Assembly: GCA_951406725.2 (NCBI GenBank)
Contig: OX597815.1
Coordinates: 104,470,001 to 104,534,000 of the forward strand
Direction: 5' to 3'
DNA from: Octopus vulgaris
Lineage: Eukaryota
Length of the DNA: 64,000 nt
Position 1 is the stretch's first letter; each line of letters opens with the position of its first letter. The position numbers were made by a program, and so were the translations under genes. Positions 53,412 through 64,000 of this stretch are shown in pieces. The notes below the pieces were generated by a model. The model did not search any database and was not told the origin of the DNA. It was given only the letters and a program-made list of their open reading frames with translations.

Positions 53412-53711
53412 CACGTGACCACGTGACTGACCAGACCATCAGATGTTTTACACATCGCTGGTCACAATGCGTTCGCACTGTTTTAGCCTTCAAATGATGC
53501 CACCCCGCTGGCTAAGCGAGCAGGCCAACAGAAGAAAGAGAGAAAGAGTGGTGAGAGAGTACAGCAGGGATCATCACCCACTGCCGGAGCCTCGTGGAGC
53601 TTTTAGGTGTTTTTCGCTCAATAAACACTCACAACGCCCGGTCTGGGAATCGAAACCGCGATCCTATGACCACGAGTCCGCTGCCCTAACCACTGGGCCA
53701 TTGCACCTCCA
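53412..53711 (-). mobile_element. Young tRNA-derived SINE, family C
   Basis: Minus strand ggaggtgcaatggcccagtggttaggg (A box), ggtttcgattccc (B box); CpG-rich; 3' end abuts (TA)n. Confidence 0.9.
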
Positions 53712-54399
53712 CTGATCCAGCCAGCAATCATCCTATTTTCCTTACCTCCACTCTACATATATATATATGTATGTATATATATATAATATATATATATATA
53801 ATATATATATATATATATCTTTAATACATTATAGTGTTCTAGTTTTATCTTTTTTTTATCAAAGTTTTTCAATATTTTTATATGTGTTCTTCAGTTTAAC
53901 TCCAAAATAATAATGTATCCCCCAAATAATAATCAAGATTTCTAGACCTTGCTTTGTCTTCAGAAGGAAGGGATATTGGTGAGTGTTCTTGCCTCTTTAT
54001 AATACTTTATACAAATTTTACTTGAAGGGATGAAAAGAAACAATATTCTGATTGATCCAGCAGAAAAATAAACAAAAACAAAGACAAGCAATTTATTTAA
54101 TATACCTCTGTGCCACATTCTTTATATTCAATGACAGCCACAACAACAAGAACAACAATAACTACAGCAACACTGATTCTTGATGAACATCAACATTAAC
54201 TTTGATGGCGTAAGCAACTATATAGTCAGCTTCTACTCAAACAACTATACTAGCAATGCAGACACTTGAACAACATCTGCTGCATCAGTAAAAGAAGCAA
54301 CTTTGGCAATACCTACAAAATCAACAATAATAGTATCAGTAATAAAATCTCTCATCCCTAAATGACCTATTTATCTCTTTGTCTACGACTGTTACTTCA

Positions 54400-54450
54400 A
54401 CTACCACCACCACCACCGCCACCGCCACCGCTGCTGCTGCTACTACTACA

Positions 54451-54524
<74 letters not shown>

Positions 54525-54525
54525 C
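54400..54525. repeat. (CCA/CTA)n trinucleotide repeat
   Basis: Seen directly. Confidence 0.95.
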
Positions 54526-54639
54526 TTTGCTGCCTACTTTGCATCCACCTCCACACTACACACCTTTGGTCAATCCCTTCAAATTTATTCTATTCCACTC
54601 CACCAGACTCTCTACCTGGCTTATACACAAGACAAATGA

Positions 54640-55710
54640 GGGCATATCTCCAGTTGCTTCGAACAAACAAGGCCACTGGCTCTGACAATGTTCCTCCTAT
54701 TACATTCAAAGGCTGTGTCTAGAACTTGTTTCTATATCTGCTAAATGCTTTAATCTCTTGCTCTCTACATCTGGAAGTGCACCTTGGTATATTTCACTGC
54801 AACAAAGGCAACTCCTCTGATCCAGCCAGCAATCATCCTATTTTCCTTACCTCCAACTCAAGATAGACAGCCCTGCCTCAGATGAGTTAATAATAATAAT
54901 CTTAATAATGAGGCTCCCTCTCATCAGTGACCACAAGATTCCCTAGAGACTTACTCTCTTATATTACTCAGTAGTGAGCCCTCACTTTAGAGAAGTTTAG
55001 TGAAAGCTATGCTGCTGTTGCTCGAGGTAAGGCTTTCAACCAAGTCTGGTATGCAAATCTTCTACCAAACTTTCTGCCTACAGTCTCCATGCAACTCTCA
55101 TTTTTCATTTCAATAGCTTCTTATGTGATTGTGCCATTGCAGCAAGTGTTGACAGAGTTCTTTCTGCCTCATGCTTTTCCTTCGATACATCAATGATTTT
55201 CTTGCCACCACACTAATGTATTACTTACACTCAGCCTAGACATCACACACTGAACCTACATTGCTTCCAGAAACAGAGAACTTGGGAGCATTTTCTTTCA
55301 ACAGCAGAAGTAAAAAAAAAAAAAAACTGAAGCACTACTCACATCAAGAAAGACACTACTGCACAGCATCTCCAATAAGCATGAATGATGTTCAGTTAGA
55401 GCCCTCACAGTGACTCCAAATGCTGGGCCTCCTTCTTACCAAGGATCTCTTTTGCAAAGATTGGTCTTTCTCTTCAGGGTGAGAAAGTATTTCATCACTC
55501 AAAAGCTCCTAAAACTCTCCAAGACTCAAGTGAAAACCAGAATGCAGTACAGCTCCCACATCTGGGGCAGTACTCCTGCTATGCACAGAGATATCCTGGA
55601 TCACATCCAGAAAAGGGTTACTTGACTAATTGGAATTCAGTCACTCATGGATATGCACTAACCTCCGCCCTGCAAGGATACTGTCTCCTCTCTCTGTCTT
55701 TTCTATCACT
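54640..55710 (+). mobile_element. Decayed CR1-group LINE RT fragment
   Basis: KATGSDNVP, GNSSDPASNHPI, KAFNQVW, RMQYSSHIWG..LDHIQKR. Confidence 0.75.
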
Positions 55711-55742
55711 AATATAATATTAAGTTAATATAACATATAATA

Positions 55743-55980
55743 AAAGCGGGGTGAGCTGGCAGAATCATTAGCAAACTGGACGAAATGCTTAGCAGTATTT
55801 CGCCTGTCGCTACGTTTTGAATTCAAATTCCACTGAGGTTGACTTTGCCTTTCATCCTTTTGGGGTTGATAAATTAAGTACCAGTGAAACACTGGAGTCG
55901 ATGTAATTGACTTAATCCCTTTGTCTGTCCTTATTTGTCTCCTCTATGTTTAGCCCCCTGTGGGCAATAAAGGAATAAAT
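55743..55980 (+). mobile_element. SINE family A
   Basis: gagctggcagaatc..gactttgcctttcatccttttggggttgataaattaagtaccag. Confidence 0.85.
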
Positions 55981-56129
55981 ATAATGTTAAGTAGTTTATA
56001 TATATAAATCTTTAGTTAAATATATTCAATGAGAATATTATATACTGAATTTATATTGAGTGCTCAATTGTATTAAAGTATTAATACTATTGATTTATTA
56101 AAATATATATATGTGAATGTATATTTTTA

Positions 56130-56715
56130 CTAGTTTCAGCTCCAGAGCTGCAGCCATGCTGGGGCATCACCATTAGCTTTACTACACTTTTGCTACTTCA
56201 AACCTCCTCTGATATGCGTCATTTGATGAATGAGAGAGTTTGATGTTGTTACTCTCAGCTGCATATTTTTCTGTGAGGTAAGTTCATTCAGAACTCTTGA
56301 CAGGAGGACATCCAATTTTGTCTTGAAGGCACCTGTATCTACATCATGTCGGTATCTCAAGATTTTTGGAAGGATATTGAAGAGCTGTGGGCTCTTGAAA
56401 CCCAAGCTATTACAATGTCTGGTCCTATATCCTGAGGACATTTTTACGATTTTTGGTACTATGCAGTGACATCTTATTCTGCTGTTTGTGTAGCTTTCAA
56501 TGTCAAAGTTTGGTACAAGTCCTTCCAGGATTTTCCAGATATATTGCATATCTTGCATATATTGCATATCATTGCATATCTTTCCTGCCTTCATTCTAGG
56601 AAGTAGAGTCTTAACTTTTTTCACTCTCTCCCAGAAGCTCACATGTCACGCTGAGATGATCTTCTTTGTATAGCTTTGCTGGATTACTTCAAGTTCTGCT
56701 GTTAATTTTACACTG
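56130..56715 (-). mobile_element. CR1-group LINE 3' end
   Basis: ORF 56193-56642 YIWKILEGLVPN..PQLFNILP..FKTKLD. Confidence 0.85.
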
Positions 56716-58051
56716 TTTGTGTATGTGTGAGTGTATATATATATATATATATATACACATACACACACACAGATATGTACACACACACACATGCATGTAC
56801 ATGTATACACACACACACACATTTCCACTGAGCTAACTGGTGCTGTATTTCCAGCATTCTGGCACTCCTGATGCATAATCCACTTGGTCCTTCATTAACC
56901 ATTTATGACCAGTTCTTTTACCTTAGAATATTGGCTCTCTAGAATTTTCTCCCTGCTCATGCTTTTACAAGTGTTGATTTGCTGCAGTAGTTTAAACAAC
57001 ATTAATGGCATCAAGCTTACCCCTTTGAAGGACCTGTGAAGGTCATGGTTAATGCTCTTTTCCCCAGAGACAACAAGAAGAAAAGACTACCAGAATATAG
57101 GTTTTTTCATTGTTAAATTTATATATCATCAGTCCAGATTTTTACCTTTGTTACAAGTATGTGTTATATATGACCAATGGGATTAATAATTTTGATTGCA
57201 AACATGAAAGTTGTAAATCTCATGACCCTGATTGTTTTATTGGTTGTGCAAGTATGAAATTCCCCTGCTGACTCACTATGCATTTACAAGGAGAAATTGC
57301 CATGCACTACATCACACATCTAGTTAGAATATCATTAGTGGAGAAAAAGAAATGTCACACTTCATAAGATGCTTCATTTATATACCTTGGTTTATATCAT
57401 GCTGATGACTTCTTAAAAGGATTAAATAATGCTATACATAATTACCAAAGACTAGAAATTTTAACAAATTCAGAATAAGTAAGCAAAATTAAATATGTAT
57501 ATTCTATGCATTTTCTTCCTTATTCATTAATTTAAAATTCAAATTTCTAATCCTGTCGATTATTATGAAGAAATGATTATTTCCATTACTAACTGTCCAC
57601 TTGGGGTCTCCATATGTACAAAATCCACTCAAAAATAGACAATAAGTGATAAAGGCAATACCTATAATGCAGTACAAAGCTAAAATAAACACATAGATCA
57701 TATACACTAGTCACAAACTAAGATAAACACCTAATTGATGATATGTAAAAATCTAACAGCTGAAATCTAAACTCTAGTGATGGTATCCATATCAATCACA
57801 CAGTTCTAGCCTGCTATTAAGGAAAATAAGACATATGCTACTATCACTTCACCATGAAGCTGAAACCCTGAAAGTTTAGAAATGATAGCTCATTTGGGAT
57901 CCTTACCAGTCCAAATAAACTGCAAGGATAAAAAAATAAAGCCCAGCTGAGTTTTCAGTACACCATGCCTGAAAGAAAAGCTGCTGTTCTCCATATATAC
58001 AAATGCGCTTACACACACTCATACACGCACACCTACAAGCACTTACAATTC

Positions 58052-58150
58052 ATATATATATATGTATATATATATAAATATATATATGTATGAATATATA
58101 TATGTATATATATATATATGTACATATATATATATGTATATATATAAATA

Positions 58151-58202
<52 letters not shown>

Positions 58203-58279
58203 TACATATATATGTATATACATATATATATACATACATATATATGTATGTGTGTATATATACATATATATATATATAT

Positions 58280-58315
<36 letters not shown>

Positions 58316-58427
58316 ACATATATGTATGTATATATGTATGTATATATGTATGTGTATATGTCTGTCTGTCTGTCTGTCTGTCTGTATGTACGTATGTATG
58401 TATGTATGTATGTATGTATGTATGTAT
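58052..58427. repeat. (TA)n/(TATG)n/(TCTG)n compound microsatellite
   Basis: Seen directly. Confidence 0.95.
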
Positions 58428-59306
58428 CATTGTGGTGTATCTGCAAGTTCTCATGAGAGGGATGATGTACAAATTATTCAGGATTTAAACTCTAAACAAA
58501 GAGAAATATATAAGATATCCTGGTTTTAATACTTTTAAAACTCATACTCACTTTATTATAAAGTATATTGTTGCTCAGATTATCATTGATTGTTACTATT
58601 ATTATTTTTTTACATTCAAAGGTAGTGAACTGGTAGAAGCATTAGCACACTGGATAAATTGCTTTACACCATTTTCTTCCAGCTTTATGAATGCGCATAA
58701 CAAAACAATACTAATCATAGAGATATATTCATGCATATGTATACATACATATACACATATATATGAACATATAACAAAGACTATATTTAATAAATAACAC
58801 AAGCATAACACACTTATATTTAGAACTCTGAGTTTCTTAATACCACTGAATGCAATTTATTTAGTTCTCACTATCATTTCACTTTATGTAAAAAAAATCA
58901 TGATAGATATAGTTATGATCCACCTAACTTTGTATATACCATTCTTGGTATATACAATGACATTTATATCATAATTGTATTTAATACTATATGTCTCAAC
59001 AAATTCTAAAGCACTTGTACCTAATGATTCCAAAATACAGGGGCAAAATCCAGCAATACCGAATTGAATAAATTTAAACTTACTTTTATTGCTTGTACTT
59101 TTTAATTATAAAATGACAGTATTGTCATTGTTCCATTGCTGGACATTAGCTCCCAATTAATATCAAAATTATTTGACATCTTTTCACTGATAAATTCAAT
59201 CTCATATTTTTTAGGGTTGATTAATCAGTATTTTGAGCCACAGCAAAATTGTCCCCATAACCTTTAAGTATGATATATAGTTTGCATTTAGCTAAATATT
59301 CTAATG

Positions 59307-59814
59307 TAGTGTTTTCCAAATTTGGTGGTATTGCCTCTGGGGATTTGTAAAAATCTTATATAGGTACCAAGAATAAAAGTAGTGTTAGGGGCAATAGATG
59401 CATCTGCACATTCTTTTCTGTTTTTGTCTTCAGTTTAAATATTAACTTTAAAAAGCATAAATATAATAATATGTTACTTAATAGTTACACCCATGACAAT
59501 AACAATAGCAACAATAACATTAGACATAAAAATGTGAATAAGTAAATAAACAAAACCAAACATATGCCACCTGTGCATGTAAATTTTTAACAATATGCAA
59601 AAGCATTATTTAAAAGACTCATAATTTCTGTGTATTTTTATACATGTAATAAACAGCCACTGCATAAGTAACATTAGGTGAATTGCTGACTTTGTGTGTA
59701 CAAATATATGTACAAATAGCATAATAAATTTTGCTGAATCATAAACAAGGGTGCATCAAAACAGTGTTTGTAAATAGAAGTGGGTGGTAATTGGAAAAAG
59801 TTTGTGAAGCATTG
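59307..59814. mobile_element. Old hAT (Charlie-like) MITE
   Basis: Decayed TIRs tagtgttttccaaatt and aagtttgtgaagcattg; 8-bp TSD-like ttctaatg/ctctaatc (6/8). Confidence 0.55.
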
Positions 59815-59952
59815 CTCTAATCTGTTACTTGTTATCTAATTCAAATTTGTAAATTGTAGATTTTGCTTAACCATTTATATTATAAATTTTGTCAGTTAAT
59901 CTTTTTCCATAGTTTTCGGTGATATTTTGGGTTCAAGTCGACTTATGTTTAT

Positions 59953-60143
<191 letters not shown>

Positions 60144-60502
60144 TGTGAAGGTGGCTCATCTGAAAAAGCAATAGGTATGAATAAAAATTGATAGTGTAGA
60201 GAGATCATTTTATTTGTGGCATCTACCCTCTCCTCCCCGATCCATTTTGTGAAGTGGTTAGTGATTGGAAGGACATCATTAATACAGTAGATTAGGTAAA
60301 ATAAAGGAGTGATCTTCCAACAGATTTCTAACCTCATATCTATAATTTTCTGAGCAACTCTCTTAATGGTTATATCTTAAATGCCTGATTTCTATCCAAC
60401 TTTCTACACATGCACCTTTCTCTCTGTTACGAAAACAAAAGAGTTGAATGCATAAACAACGAGAGAAACAAATGGAAAACAGAACAAGTAACATAATGAA
60501 CG

Positions 60503-60565
60503 ATCCTTCATCAGTTGTCAGTTGTCCATCTACTCCTCATTTCCAGTATTGAATGACAATATGAG
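60503..60565 (-). ncRNA. Non-circularly permuted hammerhead candidate (left arm)
   Basis: ctcaTA-ttgtca..GAAA-tgag..tgacaa-CTGATGA; stems I and III perfect, stem II decayed. Confidence 0.65.
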
Positions 60566-60715
60566 TCTTTGAAGGGCAATGGCTCCCATAAACCAAAATA
60601 AAATAAAATACAGTGGAGGATGTATATCTCCTTTGACCTGTTTTTGTTACCAACTTTGACCTTCTGCAAATCCTAAATTTTATTTTGGTTTACGGGAGCA
60701 ACTGCCCTTCGAAGA

Positions 60716-60778
60716 CTCATATTGTTGTTCCATGCTCGAAATGAGGAATAGATGGGCAACTGACAACTGATGAAGGGT
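60716..60778 (+). ncRNA. Non-circularly permuted hammerhead candidate (right arm)
   Basis: ctcaTA-ttgttg..gctc-GAAA-tgag..tgacaa-CTGATGA-a-gggt. Confidence 0.7.
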
Positions 60779-60938
60779 CGTTCCTTACGTTACTTGTCCT
60801 GTTTTCCATTTGTTTCTCTCATTGTTTATGTATTCAACTCTTTTGTTTGCGTATTTCATGTTGTTTGCGGTTTGTGACGCCCTGTTCTCATATATGCATA
60901 TATATATATATGTGTGTATGTGTGTACATATACATATT

Positions 60939-61100
60939 TATTGGGTGGGTGCATAATTATTGTGGCTTTTTTTCAACAAATTTTATTCAACAAAAGCAAT
61001 AACAACATGTAACAAAAACATCTTTAAATGATTATTCTGGAACATATTCACCATCTACTTCAATTACTGCTTCCCATTTGCTTGGCAGATGGTCAGACCA
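60939..61100 (-). mobile_element. Mariner 3' end (TIR plus last codons)
   Basis: Minus strand DHLPSKWEAVIEVDGEYVPE*; TIR tattgggtgggtgcataattattg. Confidence 0.8.
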
Positions 61101-61256
61101 TCATTTAAAGATGTTTTTGTTAAATATTGTTATTGTTTATGTTGAATAAAATTTGCTGGAAAAAAGCCACAATAATTATGCATCCACCCAATAAATATGT
61201 ATATGTACACACATACACACATATATATATGCATATATGAGAACAGGACATCACAT

Positions 61257-61967
61257 ATCTTGAAATACTAAACAGTAAATTTATTTAAAAAATCGCCATT
61301 AGCTTCAACCACACCCTCCAGACGACTTTGGAATCTCCTGCAACTCTTCTGGATGGTCTCCTTGTTTAAGTTGGTGAATGCTGTCATAATCCTTGCCATC
61401 AGTTCATCTTTGGTGTTACAAGGAGTTTTGTTGGTCTCTCACTCAACTGTGCCACATACATAATAATCAAGGGAGTTTCAGTCTGGTGGGTTAAGTGATC
61501 AGATGTTAGGGGTGGTGTGGTCACAGAAATTGTCTGAGAGCCGTATCTGGGTTTTCTTGCTTGTCTTCCAGCAGCCACCCTCTTGACCCAGGGCAACACT
61601 ATCTCTTCCAGGCACTTGATGTAGAACTTCGTGTTGAGTCTGAGGTATGTGGGAAGATAAATGGAGGCATAACATCGCCATCACTAGTGATCACTCCAAA
61701 CACCTTGATGTTGACTGGATGTTTGATTTTTATCACTCTTGGTACATGTCTTCAGATTGCATATTGGAACTTCTGGCCCAAATGCCAAGCAGTAAAGCAT
61801 GTTGTTTCCAAATTTATGGCAGAGTGAATTATGTCATGGAGCTGTTTCTCTCTCAGATGGTGCCCAACCTACCCTACTATACTGTGTAGTCAACAAAATC
61901 AAAACCAAACAATGTGCATGCACAAAATTAAAATATAAAATGGCGACAATTTACCCATCACACCCTG
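61257..61967 (-). mobile_element. Decayed maT/DD37D-like Tc1-mariner element
   Basis: TA-cagggtgtgatggg TIR at 61967; NSPD*NPLDYYVCGTVE..KDELMARI..RRFQSRLEGVVEANG; 3' TIR missing. Confidence 0.75.
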
Positions 61968-63049
61968 TACATACATACACACATACGTACATGTGTGTAT
62001 ATGTATGTATTTATTCCTACCACCCATTATCTCCTAACTACAGTATTCTGCTGCTATAATTAGATGGGAACAGAACTGAACTATATACTTCACCAGCTTT
62101 TTCTTGATACCACTTATATTACTTTCTACCAAAAACCATTTCATTTGTTATTCAATTTGCATTCTTAATATTGTCATCTCCATTCACTTTCTACATTGTT
62201 CACCCTCAATCACACATCATTTCATTCTCCTCCTTCCCCTATCTATTTTACTATTTTTACTCTTCTGCTGCTCATCACAAATCCTTTTTCTATACTGTCA
62301 GTCATTTTGTATTCATCTCATCTCTCCCAACTCATGTATCAGTGATCATCCCTACCTTTATCTGCTACTTGCACCCCTTAACCTAACTTAATTTCTACAG
62401 TTGTCACCTACTCTCCCCTAGTTATAATCCTTGCACATCTCATCTTCATTATACTTTGCCTCTAATCCATTCCACCTCTCTAACCATCTCTTACTCTCCC
62501 AATCATACTTACAGCCTCTACCCTCCTGCACTCCCTGTTCACTTGTTCTCACTCGCTTCTTTCATGTTGTACCCCAAGGCTCCATCCTAGCACCTCATCA
62601 CCACTATTTTTTCTCTTTTTAGCTCCACCCTGGTAACTTCCATCCTCGCTTCTATAATGTGAGTAGCCATGTATACAAGAAACCTCTTCTGTTCTGGCCA
62701 CTTCGTGCATTCTTTAACCCCTCATCTAGTATAATGCAATCTTTCTCTCTGTTGTAGTCTCACTCATTTGAAAGAAATATTTATCTTGCAAGCTTTATGG
62801 AAACCTCACTAGTGCTGATGCCATGAAAAAAAAACACCCAGTACACACTGTAAAGTGATTGCTGTTAGGAAGGGCTCTAAGCAGTAGAAGTCATGACAAA
62901 GCAGACATTCGTACATGATGCAATTCTTGCACCCTGTCAAACTGGGACATTAAATAGTTGTGATGAATATGATGATGTAGACATATGTGTGTGTGTGTGT
63001 GTGTATTTAAGTGCATATGTATGCTTGTGTATGAGTGTGTGTTTATGTT

Positions 63050-63325
63050 AGATGATGTGAAGATGCAAAGGTTCAGTGAACACTGAGAATGTACAGAAAA
63101 TAGATTCTCTCAAAGGATCCTTAGAATTAGTAGATAGTTTCTGTTATCTAGGCGACCAAGTTAGCAGTGGAAGGGGAATCTCTGAAAGCATGATTGCTAG
63201 ACTAAGAATCAGCTGGGAAAAGTTCAGAGAGCTGCTGTCTTTGCTGGTAAAAAAGGGCCTCTTCCTCAGAGTGGAAAGGCAGATTGTAAGATGCCCGTGT
63301 ACAAACAGCTATTTCATGGGATGAA
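63050..63325 (+). mobile_element. RTE LINE internal fragment
   Basis: LELVDSFCYLGDQVSSG..ARLRISWEKFRELL. Confidence 0.85.
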
Positions 63326-64000
63326 GTGATGAGAAATGATTTTTAGATGTTGAGTCTCACAGAGGAGATGATAAGAGACTGTGTCTTCTGGTGATTTGCT
63401 GTGCTTGAGAATAAATAAAATCATGGCCATTCATACATACAGGCATGTCCTCTACAGCCCCCACTTCCATTCACACTCATACATAATTGTCCTCTGGCAA
63501 AACCCACAACCCATCTCCCCCAAGACTACCACTACCACCACCATCCACTACAGGACCCTCCACTTTCCCTCACATCTTTCTGCACACTCACAACACCTTT
63601 ATATGTCTACCTTACCCACCTCCCAGCCACTCCATTTCTTCTCACCATCACTTGCTATCTCTAAATATTTGCCCTCACACTCTTATGAAACATCACCTCT
63701 ATCCTCTCCGTACTACTTATATTCCTCCTCTCTCTCACTCTAACTGTTTCTTCTCTCCCAGCTCCCCCTCTTTCCATGTCCTACTGGTATAGCACAATAT
63801 CTCCTCTATTGTAAAACAGCTACCCCTATCCCTCTATCATAATCCAACGTCTTGCTTTGCACACAACCACTTCTCTCAGTTACATACTCTCTCTCTCTCA
63901 GATGAGAGGTCTTTGTTTTGCAAGCTACTTAGTGAACTCATAGGTACTGGTACCACATAAAAAGTACCTATGTTGGTTCCACCTAAAAAGCACCCATACT

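Larger units (their letters stand above)
60428..60892 (+). mobile_element. PLE-like 3' end with tail-to-tail inverted copy (arms ~60428-60605 and 60677-60853)
   Basis: About 178-bp diverged arms, each with a rearranged HHR; homologous to 9555-9990. Confidence 0.8.

Noticed and set aside
53640-53711. tRNA gene (also 38785-38848)
   Set aside because: SINE head: continues into a repeat body, with no proper acceptor stem or terminator
60939-61193. Mariner MITE with long TIRs
   Set aside because: Inversion extends into flanking microsatellite and PLE sequence, so it is a secondary fold-back

Overview
AT-rich, microsatellite-dense eukaryotic DNA with no intact protein-coding gene. The repeat complement (tRNA-headed SINEs, RTE and CR1 LINE fragments, mariner/maT/hAT relics, Penelope-like remnants in (TA)n arrays) suggests an octopus/coleoid genome, probably a large intron or intergenic region (inference). 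Most ORFs in the supplied track are translations of simple repeats or transposon debris. The main signal is a set of hammerhead ribozyme (HHR) motifs in Penelope-like (PLE) 3' ends, many in fold-back (tail-to-tail) duplications. Five have the canonical type I order. Four others (9692-9752, 18981-19041, 60503-60565, 60716-60778; three different stem sequence sets) have the three hammerhead strands in a non-circularly permuted order, with conserved spacing and compensatory changes in stems I and III. Also present: a tRNA-headed HHR element, two candidate small host exons on the minus strand, and a 39-bp templated insertion at a SINE junction.
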